Sequence record: PQ341120.1
DNA: 64,000 nt
From: Escherichia phage EAWsc9
Strand: one strand, 5' to 3'
Positions 17,779-26,598 of this stretch are shown in pieces. Numbering within the stretch: the stretch's first letter is position 1; each line of letters begins with the position of its first letter. Both the position numbers and the translations under genes were made by a program. The notes under the pieces were generated by a model, which had not been told where the DNA came from, did not search any database, and saw only the letters and a list, made by a program, of their open reading frames with translations.

Positions 17779-18534
17779 TTAATTAAAAATTTCAACAACC
17801 ATGGAACGTGGTACAACAGTAAATTCACCAGCGTGGACAACGTTCAGGAGTTCAACACCATCTTCAATCCACTGGTCTGTTACCCAACCACAAATGGAAC
17901 TGTTAAATGGGCGTTTGATTTGAACTGGTTTGCATAACAAGTCAATAGGGTCACCCAGTTCGCTAACTTCTTCCAGAAGTACAGATTCACGCGGATAAAG
18001 GATAGCTTCAAGATTGTCACCTGATTCATTGACTGCAGTAAATTCAAAGATGCTTTGGTGATTGTGGTACTTAACTGTTTTAACGGTAAATGGAGCAAAT
18101 CCAAAAATACCTTTCAGTACCCGCCAACCAGCATGCATTGCGACAGTCTTTCCAAACTGACTGGCATCTTCAATAAGCTGATAGGTTTTACCAACTTTGA
18201 TAGGAATTTCTTCAACTTCTTTGAAGAGTACAATCTCAGCTTCATAAATCATAATTTTTTCTACTTCATTAGTATCAAGGCGACGTGCATGCAGAATATA
18301 TGCGTTATCAAACCAGTTACTTTTTACAAAAGTTTCAACAATAAATTCGCCTTTACCCAAAGCATCAACCAGAGTATTATACCCTAAAACCATAGCTGCG
18401 TTTTGAACAATAGGTTCAATCAGTTGATAAGTTTTGTTAATTTCAATAGTCATATTTTGTTTCTCAAGTTTTAATGGTTTAATTGGACACACGTAAGTGC
18501 TTACAACATCAAAGTCAATAAATTCTGGTTTCAT
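17779..18534 (-). CDS. Hypothetical protein (251 aa), paralog of 17145..17699 with internal repeat
   Basis: C-terminal CGWVTDQWIEDGVELLNVVHAGEFTVVPRSMVVEI; KTYQLIE motif occurs twice. Confidence 0.65.
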   Translation of the reverse strand: MKPEFIDFDVVSTYVCPIKPLKLEKQNMTIEINKTYQLIEPIVQNAAMVLGYNTLVDALGKGEFIVETFVKSNWFDNAYILHARRLDTNEVEKIMIYEAEIVLFKEVEEIPIKVGKTYQLIEDASQFGKTVAMHAGWRVLKGIFGFAPFTVKTVKYHNHQSIFEFTAVNESGDNLEAILYPRESVLLEEVSELGDPIDLLCKPVQIKRPFNSSICGWVTDQWIEDGVELLNVVHAGEFTVVPRSMVVEIFN

Positions 18535-18791
18535 TATGCAACCTTATTGAACATCGCCAGTTGATTAGGTTGTACAACCATAATTTCACGACGGCCTTTT
18601 GCGTTTGACACGTTCAAGTAGATGCCTTTGTTCATGTCTGTTTCTTTATCATATACCGCAATTTTATTGACAGTAAAGATTTTACCACGAATATTTGTAA
18701 ATGCACATTCAAACGCTTCAGTCAGACCTGCTTCAGCAGCTTGAAGAGCAGACATTTCATATTGTTGGCCAATTTCAAAAGAAGTAATCAT
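18534..18791 (-). CDS. Hypothetical protein (85 aa)
   Basis: ATG at 18791 with SD GAGGA partly inside a leader hairpin. Confidence 0.5.
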   Translation of the reverse strand: MITSFEIGQQYEMSALQAAEAGLTEAFECAFTNIRGKIFTVNKIAVYDKETDMNKGIYLNVSNAKGRREIMVVQPNQLAMFNKVA

Positions 18792-18821
18792 TTTGTTATC
18801 CTCATCAGTAGTTGATGAGAT

Positions 18822-18851
18822 GATTATGTCTCTTTCCATTGGCCTTGTACA
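18822..18851 (-). promoter_or_regulatory. Early promoter (TGTACA-18-CATAAT)
   Basis: -35/-10 pattern, conserved CATCAACTACTG leader. Confidence 0.4.
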
Positions 18852-18858
18852 CTACTTT

Positions 18859-19542
18859 TTATCGTTTTTTCGGTAAAGATAACGGGTCTGCATCTTCTTC
18901 GGAAGGAACTTCATCCAAACCAAGAGCATAGCGCTGGGCATACTTAAGCATCAAAATATCTTTCGCGCAGTCATGCACCGAATCATGCGCCACAAATCCA
19001 TCTAAAGTCCCCTTTGGTAATGGAGTTTCACACATCTTACGGACGAGTGATAGGGCTTCGATTGCTGTCCTGATATCTCGCTGGTTCCAGAATACAACCG
19101 GCTCCAGGCCATAGGTATTCAATTCACGCTCGGGAATACCCTCATTGCGCTGTAGGTCACGGATAAGGTCAACAAACAACGGGAAGTCAAAAGACATTCC
19201 ACGACACCACATAAGGCTTTCGTATTTGTTAATTCCATTACCATTCAGATAATCAATTGCCTGTTGGATACCGGTCAGAGTATCAACATCTTGCGCAGAA
19301 GGAGCCAAGTTAACACGGGCTTCTGCTGATTGCTTTTTCCACCAACCCATGGTTGTTGTATCGAACAGACGCTTACCTTTTTGGTATTCAAGGCTAAACT
19401 TGATACGTTTGCCGCGATTAACCAGGGTTTCGAATGATTCCACAATAGCAGGGTCAGATTCGAATGTAATCAGAGCCAGGTCAATAACGGCTCCCTTCGA
19501 GCCGTTTCCCAGAGTTTCAAAGTCAATAATAGCATCAATCAT
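18859..19542 (-). CDS. dexA: Exonuclease A (DexA)
   Basis: 227 aa; IIDFETLG...WCRGMSFDFP...FWNQRDIRT...PLPKGTLDGFVAHDSVHDCAKDI matches T4 DexA (DEDD-type). Confidence 0.88.
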   Translation of the reverse strand: MIDAIIDFETLGNGSKGAVIDLALITFESDPAIVESFETLVNRGKRIKFSLEYQKGKRLFDTTTMGWWKKQSAEARVNLAPSAQDVDTLTGIQQAIDYLNGNGINKYESLMWCRGMSFDFPLFVDLIRDLQRNEGIPERELNTYGLEPVVFWNQRDIRTAIEALSLVRKMCETPLPKGTLDGFVAHDSVHDCAKDILMLKYAQRYALGLDEVPSEEDADPLSLPKKR

Positions 19543-19774
19543 CGCACATCTCTTTTAATTTCTGAATTTCACCAGCAACATAGTCGGAGATAAAAATCCC
19601 TGGCTCTTCATTGTTAAAATATTCAATCGCGGCCATACGTTTCCGAATAAGATTCAGTTCCAGCAAAACGTAATTACCCTGCACGACGATAGTCGGATTA
19701 TCTTCGAAAAATTCAACCGCGTCCTGAATACCATAGATAAGATTATCTAAATCTTCTTTATGTACTTTATACAT
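19535..19774 (-). CDS. Hypothetical protein (79 aa)
   Basis: ATG overlapping dda stop. Confidence 0.45.
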   Translation of the reverse strand: MYKVHKEDLDNLIYGIQDAVEFFEDNPTIVVQGNYVLLELNLIRKRMAAIEYFNNEEPGIFISDYVAGEIQKLKEMCDD

Positions 19775-21095
19775 AATATGCGTCGTACCTCGCTCGTGTG
19801 ATTCCAACATAAGCCAACTGGCTCGCTAATGAAGCTTCGGCCATATGGATGCATGGAGTATAGATGAATGCTTTGTCCACTGAAACGCCTTGGGCCTTGT
19901 GGATTGTACTGACCGGAAGAGCACGGACTTTCAAGAAGGTCCTGCGCGCTTTCCAGAAGTCTTTCCACTCTGGACGTTTACCAGCGGCTTTCATCTGTTT
20001 GTATGTGTCAGCAACTTTCGCCAGATATGCCTGGAATTTTGGTTGCTGGTCTTCTGGTAAAACTTTGATGCGGTCAACCTGATATTCTTCATCTTCATCA
20101 ATTGACTCAACTTCCAGGTCCCAGTAATTAATCACTAACTGGTGCGATTCGCCTTTACAACGGAGAATGGTGGAAGTGTATTTGCAATCCTTGATGCGAA
20201 CCAACTGACCATTATTAAAAATGGTTTCGCTGAATTTCTTACCTTCAAATTCCAGCTCTTTCATGTGCGGCTCTTGCATAACCAGGACTTCATACGGTAA
20301 AAATGCTTTATCCGTTTCATAGAGCTTGCGACGAATAATATTGTTCAGTTTTTCAACTGATTTATTCGTGTATGCATACATCCTGTTTTCCATCAACATA
20401 TCAGCATCTTTTACAATACTGAAATAGTTTACCATGAAATCCTTTAAAGCGGTTTGTGAGGTGAAACCTTGCACGCCATGGCCTTCATACATACAGTCGC
20501 GAAACCAACCCCCATTACGAATTTCTGTCGCCACTTCAATGATAGGAGCATTACTTCGCATGACCTCAGTCAGATGAATCTGTTTGAACTTAGGATGCGT
20601 AAAGAATGGGCTTATCTTTTGCTGTGTGCTTCCCGGGTCAACTGGCTGCAGCTGGTGCATATCACCAATTCCAAGAATAGTGCACCATTCAGGAACAGAG
20701 TTAAGAATAATCTTAAACAGAGACCCGTCATACATACTTGCTTCATCACAAACCAGAACATTGCATTTTGACATGTCAGGCATTTCGCGCTGTTCAAAAA
20801 CGTTTTGGTCTTCATATGTCGTTGGGTTAATCTTCAAGATACTATGGATTGTATTCGCTGTTTGACCAGACAATTTAGATAAAACTTTTTTCGCCTGGTG
20901 AGTTGGTGCAGCAAGCACAATTCCCATAACTCCATTACGCACTAAGTGGTCAATGACAAATTTTGTCAGAGTGGTCTTACCTGTGCCAGCTGGACCATTC
21001 AGAGTGATACATTCCCCTGAACGTCGCTGAATAGCTTCAGTAATATAATCAAAAGCTTCTTTTTGTCCTGTGTTCAAGTCTTCAAATTTAATCAT
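19767..21095 (-). CDS. dda: DNA helicase Dda (SF1)
   Basis: 442 aa; Walker A GPAGTGKTT, motifs CDEASM, VMRSN, LAYVGITRAR; close to T4 Dda. Confidence 0.95.
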   Translation of the reverse strand: MIKFEDLNTGQKEAFDYITEAIQRRSGECITLNGPAGTGKTTLTKFVIDHLVRNGVMGIVLAAPTHQAKKVLSKLSGQTANTIHSILKINPTTYEDQNVFEQREMPDMSKCNVLVCDEASMYDGSLFKIILNSVPEWCTILGIGDMHQLQPVDPGSTQQKISPFFTHPKFKQIHLTEVMRSNAPIIEVATEIRNGGWFRDCMYEGHGVQGFTSQTALKDFMVNYFSIVKDADMLMENRMYAYTNKSVEKLNNIIRRKLYETDKAFLPYEVLVMQEPHMKELEFEGKKFSETIFNNGQLVRIKDCKYTSTILRCKGESHQLVINYWDLEVESIDEDEEYQVDRIKVLPEDQQPKFQAYLAKVADTYKQMKAAGKRPEWKDFWKARRTFLKVRALPVSTIHKAQGVSVDKAFIYTPCIHMAEASLASQLAYVGITRARYDAYYV

Positions 21096-21388
21096 GCCAA
21101 TTTTACTCGCTTAACATATAAAGTATCTAAAATTAATTTCAATTCTCGTGCGTGTTCTTCAGTAGGAAAAACAGTTTTTGTTTCCCACTTATCAAACCAC
21201 CATTTTCTAGGTGTGCATACTGTTTCAATACGTCCCATGCGTAAATAGCGGCTTGTAGTATATGAATAGTTGGCAAGTTCATATTCTGCGCCCACTTTTG
21301 TGGTGTATAAGGTAACCTTTCCATCATACTCCAATGGGTGTTCAAAACCATCTTTATCTTTGTGGACCAGCACATATGCGTAGTACAT
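21092..21388 (-). CDS. Hypothetical protein (98 aa)
   Basis: ATG at 21388 (track start is GTG); SD GAGG. Confidence 0.5.
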   Translation of the reverse strand: MYYAYVLVHKDKDGFEHPLEYDGKVTLYTTKVGAEYELANYSYTTSRYLRMGRIETVCTPRKWWFDKWETKTVFPTEEHARELKLILDTLYVKRVKLA

Positions 21389-21392
21389 CACA

Positions 21393-22136
21393 TTAACCTC
21401 TAATCAGTTTAAAAATTGACGCGTTCAAAGGCAGACCACGTTTCAGTTTAAGGCGGTCAATGAATGACAACTTATCTAAACGCTCCAGACCTTGAATAAT
21501 TTTATCATACATATCGTAACGCGTTTCAGCGTCAGATGATTTCATTTTCAGACGCCAGTCAGGACCACCCATAACCATTTTCAACCCACGTTGACTAGTT
21601 CCGATGGAAGCCATTTGTCCATGGATACGAGCCTTGACTGCAATCACAGAAGGGGTGGTATCTTTAGCGCCACTTTTATAAAGCTCTTTTAAATGTTTTT
21701 GACGCTTCTTGATTCCACGTTCGGTATCTTTAATATTTTTAACAATTTTGCGAATTTTATAATAGTCAGCGGGAGTTACTTTAAAACTATTGGGCATCTT
21801 AGAACCGCCATTAATACGCACCGCCAAACGAGTCTGTGCACGTTTAAGTTCATCAAGAGATAAATCAGCACGTAAACCGTTGTACTTAGTTTTGACAGGG
21901 ATAACATTGCCTTCAATATAACCTATATCATTGTTAAAGCGTTCAAAGGAAACTTTATCTTGAGTTGAATTTTCATCAAAACGTTCACCAGAATACGCAC
22001 AGAATTCTTGTTTCAAAAGATTGGCGATATACTTACTGGACAGATTGAAATCCTTGTTACGACGTTTTGCAGACGTTTTGGTATGCTCGCGACGTTTGTA
22101 AACTTTTAATTCAAACTCTTCTTTTGACATATTCAT
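21393..22136 (-). CDS. Srd-position protein (247 aa)
   Basis: Basic protein between dda and modA where T4 encodes Srd (~250 aa); identity not verified. Confidence 0.4.
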   Translation of the reverse strand: MNMSKEEFELKVYKRREHTKTSAKRRNKDFNLSSKYIANLLKQEFCAYSGERFDENSTQDKVSFERFNNDIGYIEGNVIPVKTKYNGLRADLSLDELKRAQTRLAVRINGGSKMPNSFKVTPADYYKIRKIVKNIKDTERGIKKRQKHLKELYKSGAKDTTPSVIAVKARIHGQMASIGTSQRGLKMVMGGPDWRLKMKSSDAETRYDMYDKIIQGLERLDKLSFIDRLKLKRGLPLNASIFKLIRG

Positions 22137-22183
22137 GATATTTTTCTCATCTTACGGACGATTTGGTAACTCAGTATGAAATT

Positions 22184-22211
22184 ATTATACACTGTTCATC
22201 TTTCATGTACA
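22184..22211 (-). promoter_or_regulatory. Early promoter cassette (TGTACA-16-TATAAT + CCATACTGAGTTACC leader)
   Basis: Repeated family member. Confidence 0.5.
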
Positions 22212-22271
22212 CTACTTTTTCACCTTTAACGCTTTTATTTTTATTGTGTATAATGGTTCTAAGGTCTTTGG

Positions 22272-22886
22272 TTAGTTCAAAACAGTTAAATGCCAAACAG
22301 TATACAGGTTATTCAATGGGTGTGTTTCAATTAAGTCTACGCGAAGCGTAGTCCCAGCGGGAAACATAAACTCATCCTCATCATTAACCAGGTGTAAGTT
22401 TGACTTCCTGGTTGCTTCTGGATATGCACCATTGAACTCTTCAGGAGGAGCACCACAAATCATTTTGAAGATTGCTTCCTGATAGTTATACGCATATGGT
22501 GCATTGTTTATACAGAAAATGTTCCTTGTGCCATAGAAACTGTATGATGCGAAATTTCTTGCAACTTGCCAGTCCCTGGAAAAACTCATTACACGATTGA
22601 ATTCAATTGTTGCACCAACATATCTTAAATCTTCCAGGTATTCCATGGTTTTCTTTGATATACCACGGAACAATGCTGCCGGCGGTGCAGTATTCAGATT
22701 GTTGCGGATAATCCTGGACAAGTCTTCTTGAATCAGGTCAGGTTTATTTTCCATACACTGCCAGAGTACTGATTGCTCATTATCTGTGTAAAGAGCATCA
22801 ATCTCCGCTTGACATTGGTTACGAAAAGACTCACTAGAAGCGGCAGTGTCAATAATTCCATTCAAAACGTCATCAGTGTACAGCAT
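22272..22886 (-). CDS. modA: ADP-ribosyltransferase ModA-like
   Basis: 204 aa; R (LFRGI), STS-type (VMSFS) and ExE-type (EDEFMFP) motifs of R-S-E ARTs; tandem with modB downstream of dda as in T4. Confidence 0.7.
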   Translation of the reverse strand: MLYTDDVLNGIIDTAASSESFRNQCQAEIDALYTDNEQSVLWQCMENKPDLIQEDLSRIIRNNLNTAPPAALFRGISKKTMEYLEDLRYVGATIEFNRVMSFSRDWQVARNFASYSFYGTRNIFCINNAPYAYNYQEAIFKMICGAPPEEFNGAYPEATRKSNLHLVNDEDEFMFPAGTTLRVDLIETHPLNNLYTVWHLTVLN

Positions 22887-22930
22887 TTTATTATCCTCAT
22901 CAGTAGTTGATAGGAACATCTTAACGTGTC

Positions 22931-23491
22931 TTATTGCTCTTGTACACAGTCAAGAACATAATAATCATCAATAAATCCAGCATCAACTACCACGAATTTC
23001 TGGTCAACTGGAACAAACCATTCAAGCTCAGAATCAATCATGTCCATGTATTCTTCGCGCCTTAATGTAGCTGCCCGGGCGGAACCAGAAGCTGTATTGA
23101 AGAATTCCAGTGGAACGTCAAGCGCAATTTTGCGCATCGCATCATGGTAGCAAAAAGCTTTGGTCTGATTCAATCTGACGATAGTCCTAGTCACATATTC
23201 CATTGCAGCAAAATCCCTGGCAATACCATAGTCTTCTGTAAAGGAGGTTACCCGTCCAAATTCAAAAGGTTGCATTGATTCTTTTGCTTCATCTAATAAA
23301 TCAATCTCTTGCTGGGTTACTCCGCGCCACAAGACTGTATCGGGTATAGACAACCTTGACTTGATGATTGAGTTGACATTTGAATGCAAGGTCTTATCAA
23401 CCTTTGATGTACGGCATTCAAATAATGAAGCTATCTCCATTTCACTAAATTTTAACTGGTTGGGTTCGGTATCAGATTTGATGATGTTCAT
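22931..23491 (-). CDS. modB: ADP-ribosyltransferase ModB-like
   Basis: 186 aa; LWRGV, VTSFT, SELEWFVP motifs. Confidence 0.7.
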   Translation of the reverse strand: MNIIKSDTEPNQLKFSEMEIASLFECRTSKVDKTLHSNVNSIIKSRLSIPDTVLWRGVTQQEIDLLDEAKESMQPFEFGRVTSFTEDYGIARDFAAMEYVTRTIVRLNQTKAFCYHDAMRKIALDVPLEFFNTASGSARAATLRREEYMDMIDSELEWFVPVDQKFVVVDAGFIDDYYVLDCVQEQ

Positions 23492-23547
23492 AATGGCCTC
23501 TCTGTTGTAAGAAAGGTCATTATGTCATTAGGAGGGGAGTAAGTAAA

Positions 23548-23796
23548 CTACTTAAATACTCCAAGTGGGACGCCAAAGACTGCAATGTCTACGGCCATGC
23601 CAATCGGAGATTGATATGATGGGGATTGATATGATGAGTAAGAACTTTTCGATTCTGTTGGGCGTTCGACTTTAATTGTCTCGGATTTAGTCTTAAGCCT
23701 TTGTAAACGATTATTTTTTTGTTGCTCGATTTCCTTATGAGCATGTTTACGGTCGATATCCAGCGCCGATGTGGGAATATTTGTTAACCAGTTCAT
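23548..23796 (-). CDS. Hypothetical protein (82 aa) with Ser/Tyr-rich repeat
   Basis: SYSSYQSPSYQSP encoded by tandem 13-nt repeat. Confidence 0.45.
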   Translation of the reverse strand: MNWLTNIPTSALDIDRKHAHKEIEQQKNNRLQRLKTKSETIKVERPTESKSSYSSYQSPSYQSPIGMAVDIAVFGVPLGVFK

Positions 23797-23972
23797 TGTT
23801 TCACCCATGGTGCCCATGGAGGTGGGTCGTCGTAATATGAGGCCAGGTCGCGTAGAACTTCCAAGGGGAGGCTAAAACCGTGCTTCTGTATAATCGCATC
23901 AAGTTCGTCAACTAGGTCCACACGGGCTTCCGTAGGAGCTTTAGGCTCTTCAAAAAGTTCAAATAAATCCAT
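23793..23972 (-). CDS. Hypothetical acidic protein (59 aa)
   Basis: TAATG/ATGA coupling at both ends. Confidence 0.4.
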   Translation of the reverse strand: MDLFELFEEPKAPTEARVDLVDELDAIIQKHGFSLPLEVLRDLASYYDDPPPWAPWVKQ

Positions 23973-24454
23973 TAGTATCCACCGATAGGGCCGTAACCAT
24001 ACATACGAGCGCGCATCTTAGTATCGTGCAGAGCTTCTTCTGTTAAAGTAAAGCGCAGACCAATATCAAAGTGTTTCCAAATCTGACGTTCGACTTCAGC
24101 AAGGTCGTCGGTGGTGGAAATCAGATATGTGCGACCTTGAAGACGTTCAGTGGCCATTTTATCTCTATCTTTATAGAAAATGGTATCTTCGCCATAAAGG
24201 TCTGGGTGACGATAGCCTTTGATGTGCAGAGCTTCGGAAACAGTAAACGGGCACCCTTCGGCAACATTAACGTTTTTTCTATGAAATACCTTCAGCATAA
24301 CGTTTTCTGGCATCGTCAGGTTCATTAATTTTGTTTCCAATGCAGTGACCGAATCCATGCCATTGTAAACCATGATAAGGCATGCGGTAGCATCGTAAGG
24401 TCGTGTTTGACCTGCCGAATCACGGACATAGAATTCTAATTCATATACTTTCAT
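23972..24454 (-). CDS. Hypothetical protein (160 aa), mrh-region position
   Basis: SD GAGGAAA. Confidence 0.55.
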   Translation of the reverse strand: MKVYELEFYVRDSAGQTRPYDATACLIMVYNGMDSVTALETKLMNLTMPENVMLKVFHRKNVNVAEGCPFTVSEALHIKGYRHPDLYGEDTIFYKDRDKMATERLQGRTYLISTTDDLAEVERQIWKHFDIGLRFTLTEEALHDTKMRARMYGYGPIGGY

Positions 24455-24596
24455 AATGTTTTCCTCTTACCAACTAATGGACCATCAGGAACTTTATTTT
24501 CCTTGATGTACTTTTCGTTTTCTTCCATCATTTTACTGCCAATTTTCAAAAGCAAATCCAGTGCTTCTTTTGCTCGGCGTTCAGCATCTTCTTGTG

Positions 24597-24791
24597 TCAT
24601 GATTTATCTCCGTAGATATCACGCATCAGTTTAAGCGCTGCTCGTTCGGTCTTCTTTTCCTGCATGGCTTTAAGCCCGTTAACGGCCCATTCTTCAGCTT
24701 CACGTTGCATTTCTTCCTCGGCTTTGGCCACCCAGGAATCATCAATCCCTGGAGTAACCAACCAATCTTTAAGCCAACTTGTAATTCTCAT
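24597..24791 (-). CDS. Hypothetical protein (64 aa)
   Basis: ORF adjacent to stop of upstream gene. Confidence 0.4.
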   Translation of the reverse strand: MRITSWLKDWLVTPGIDDSWVAKAEEEMQREAEEWAVNGLKAMQEKKTERAALKLMRDIYGDKS

Positions 24792-25133
24792 TTAATCACA
24801 CGAGCTGGAAGACGAATCACAGCTTCCCGAATCATAGGAGGAATAAGACGAATCACCGGTCCACGAACTAACTGCGGCAGCGGTGACCACAATCGAAGTA
24901 GTATCGATACTACTTTGCGCTTGGACTCTTTGTTCTTGCAGTCGAGTTAAACGTTTTTGTAAGTCTTCTTCTGACATTGTAGAATATAGGTCTTTTGATT
25001 TCGATTTGACCACTTCTTCCATCATGCCGTCACCCATGTAAGTATATTCTCTTAGCTTAACATCCGGCAGGCTAACTGGAACCACGCCCTCGTTTGGTTT
25101 AGTCTTGAATAAATTCTTGAGCCAACTAATCAT
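24792..25133 (-). CDS. Hypothetical protein (113 aa) with Ser-rich C-terminal tail
   Basis: Tail SSWTGDSSYSSYDSGSCDSSSSSCD. Confidence 0.45.
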   Translation of the reverse strand: MISWLKNLFKTKPNEGVVPVSLPDVKLREYTYMGDGMMEEVVKSKSKDLYSTMSEEDLQKRLTRLQEQRVQAQSSIDTTSIVVTAAAVSSWTGDSSYSSYDSGSCDSSSSSCD

Positions 25134-25327
25134 AGGAAACCTCGTTTAAATTCAACTTGACCATCATCATAACGGATTTCAATATTGAATTCTAAAGAGT
25201 CATCGTCATGCATCATGAATGAATGTACGATAACTTCATCAAACACACCCAGACCATACTTAAAATGGACATCATGCGCAATAATTTCATCTAAAGCTTT
25301 GTTTGGTTTAATCCAACGGTTTAACAT
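25130..25327 (-). CDS. Hypothetical protein (65 aa)
   Basis: SD GAGGAGA. Confidence 0.5.
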   Translation of the reverse strand: MLNRWIKPNKALDEIIAHDVHFKYGLGVFDEVIVHSFMMHDDDSLEFNIEIRYDDGQVEFKRGFL

Positions 25328-25352
25328 AGTATTCTCCTCTGTAATTGAAATA

Positions 25353-25376
25353 ATTATACCGCTTCTATTAAAAGCA
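25353..25376 (-). promoter_or_regulatory. MotA-box-like middle promoter
   Basis: Minus strand TGCTTTT, ~11 nt, TATAAT. Confidence 0.4.
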
Positions 25377-25398
25377 AAAAGGGACTCCGAAGAGTCCC
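25371..25398 (-). terminator. UUCG-hairpin terminator after soc (GGGACUC-UUCG-GAGUCCC + U-run)
   Basis: 7-bp stem, UUCG loop, UUUUUGCUUUU. Confidence 0.6.
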
Positions 25399-25403
25399 TA
25401 TAA

Positions 25404-25637
25404 TTAAACTACTGGGGTAGGCGTAAACATCGCCGCGTTCTTAGTTCGCCAATCAGCTGCACTAGACGCTACGGTGACATAAGCGGCCTTTTCGGAAGGA
25501 AAAGTCTGATAGTGTGCATTCGCAATACGATGCTCATTTGAATAGATTTCAAACGGAACAGATACTTCAACACCTTTAACTTCTTTACCTTCACCAGCTG
25601 GATGCGTAAAGGTTTTGATATTAACGAAACCACCCAT
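25404..25637 (-). CDS. soc: Small outer capsid protein Soc
   Basis: 77 aa; GFVNIKTF...HYQTFPSEKAAY matches T4 Soc. Confidence 0.85.
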   Translation of the reverse strand: MGGFVNIKTFTHPAGEGKEVKGVEVSVPFEIYSNEHRIANAHYQTFPSEKAAYVTVASSAADWRTKNAAMFTPTPVV

Positions 25638-25678
25638 AATTAACTCCTTTGTTGTTTAATTACGGGTGTATTTATAAC

Positions 25679-26197
25679 TTAATAACCCCGGTCCTGACGA
25701 GCGAAGTTTTCAGCATTTTTCAGGTAATACAGTTTAAAGATTTCTTCTGCTGACAGACCAAGACCATGGAACATGTTCAGAACAAAGTGCAGGATGTCAA
25801 TCATCTCAAATTTAATTTCGAGCTGGTCTTCAGGAGACAACTCATCAATACGACGATTACGGAATTCAGCATGTTGGGCTTTCCACGGTTTCCAACAACT
25901 TGAGGCTGCTTTCTCGCCATTAGACATACCCCCGAGAGAAGTCAGAAGTTCACGGAATTCATCATCGACATAATCTTTCTGGTTGCGAAGCCATGCAACA
26001 ACATCACCTGCAGTAGCCAATTCATCTGGATGTGAGTTATATTCAGGTTTTTCGGTAGCCAGACGAACTTGCAATGATTTCTGCATATCAAGCATAATCT
26101 GCAGCGGGTCAATACCTTTTGTAATTGCATTGTCATAAGCCAGAGCAGCTTTATCAACGCCAGCAATCAGTTGTGAACATTCATTAAAATGAGCCAT
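25679..26197 (-). CDS. 56: dCTP pyrophosphatase gp56 (MazG-like)
   Basis: MAHFNEC start with SD AAGGAAAA; EDQLEIKFEMIDILHFVLNMFHGLGLSAEEIFKLYYLKNAENFARQDRGY matches T4 gp56. Confidence 0.85.
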   Translation of the reverse strand: MAHFNECSQLIAGVDKAALAYDNAITKGIDPLQIMLDMQKSLQVRLATEKPEYNSHPDELATAGDVVAWLRNQKDYVDDEFRELLTSLGGMSNGEKAASSCWKPWKAQHAEFRNRRIDELSPEDQLEIKFEMIDILHFVLNMFHGLGLSAEEIFKLYYLKNAENFARQDRGY

Positions 26198-26282
26198 TAT
26201 ATTTTTCCTTATCAATTCATGTTATTTTGTATGTTAATTATATCATATTGGTTTGAAGCATAAATACACGGAAGGAGGATAT

Positions 26283-26480
26283 ATGCTCAAACTATCTAGT
26301 CTAATTCAAGCCATCAAAGGCAGTCGTAAGCGAACGATTCTGGTCCTTTCGATACTCTGTTTAGTTCTACTCTGGAACTTCGTTGTTGCCCCTGTTGCAT
26401 TGACACATGGTGTTATATTACCAGTCATTGCACTCGAATCAGTTGTAGATATTTTACTGGCATTAATCGGCCTTATATAG
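26283..26480 (+). CDS. Small membrane protein (65 aa), plus strand
   Basis: Strong SD GGAAGGAGGA; two hydrophobic segments; near-consensus late box CATAAATA upstream; hairpin downstream. Confidence 0.45.
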   Translation: MLKLSSLIQAIKGSRKRTILVLSILCLVLLWNFVVAPVALTHGVILPVIALESVVDILLALIGLI

Positions 26481-26506
26481 ATGGAATAATATTCACATTA
26501 TTCCAT
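26481..26506. terminator. Perfect 10-bp AT-rich hairpin (ATGGAATAAT-loop-ATTATTCCAT)
   Basis: Inverted repeat directly after plus-strand ORF stop, between convergent 56 and plus ORF. Confidence 0.4.
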
Positions 26507-26598
26507 CGGATTTGGAAATTAACCAGTAAAAAAGACAAGAAACATCATGGGCTTTTTAGCTCTTGATGTTTTTCTGCGGAACTTACCGGAATTCCTTC

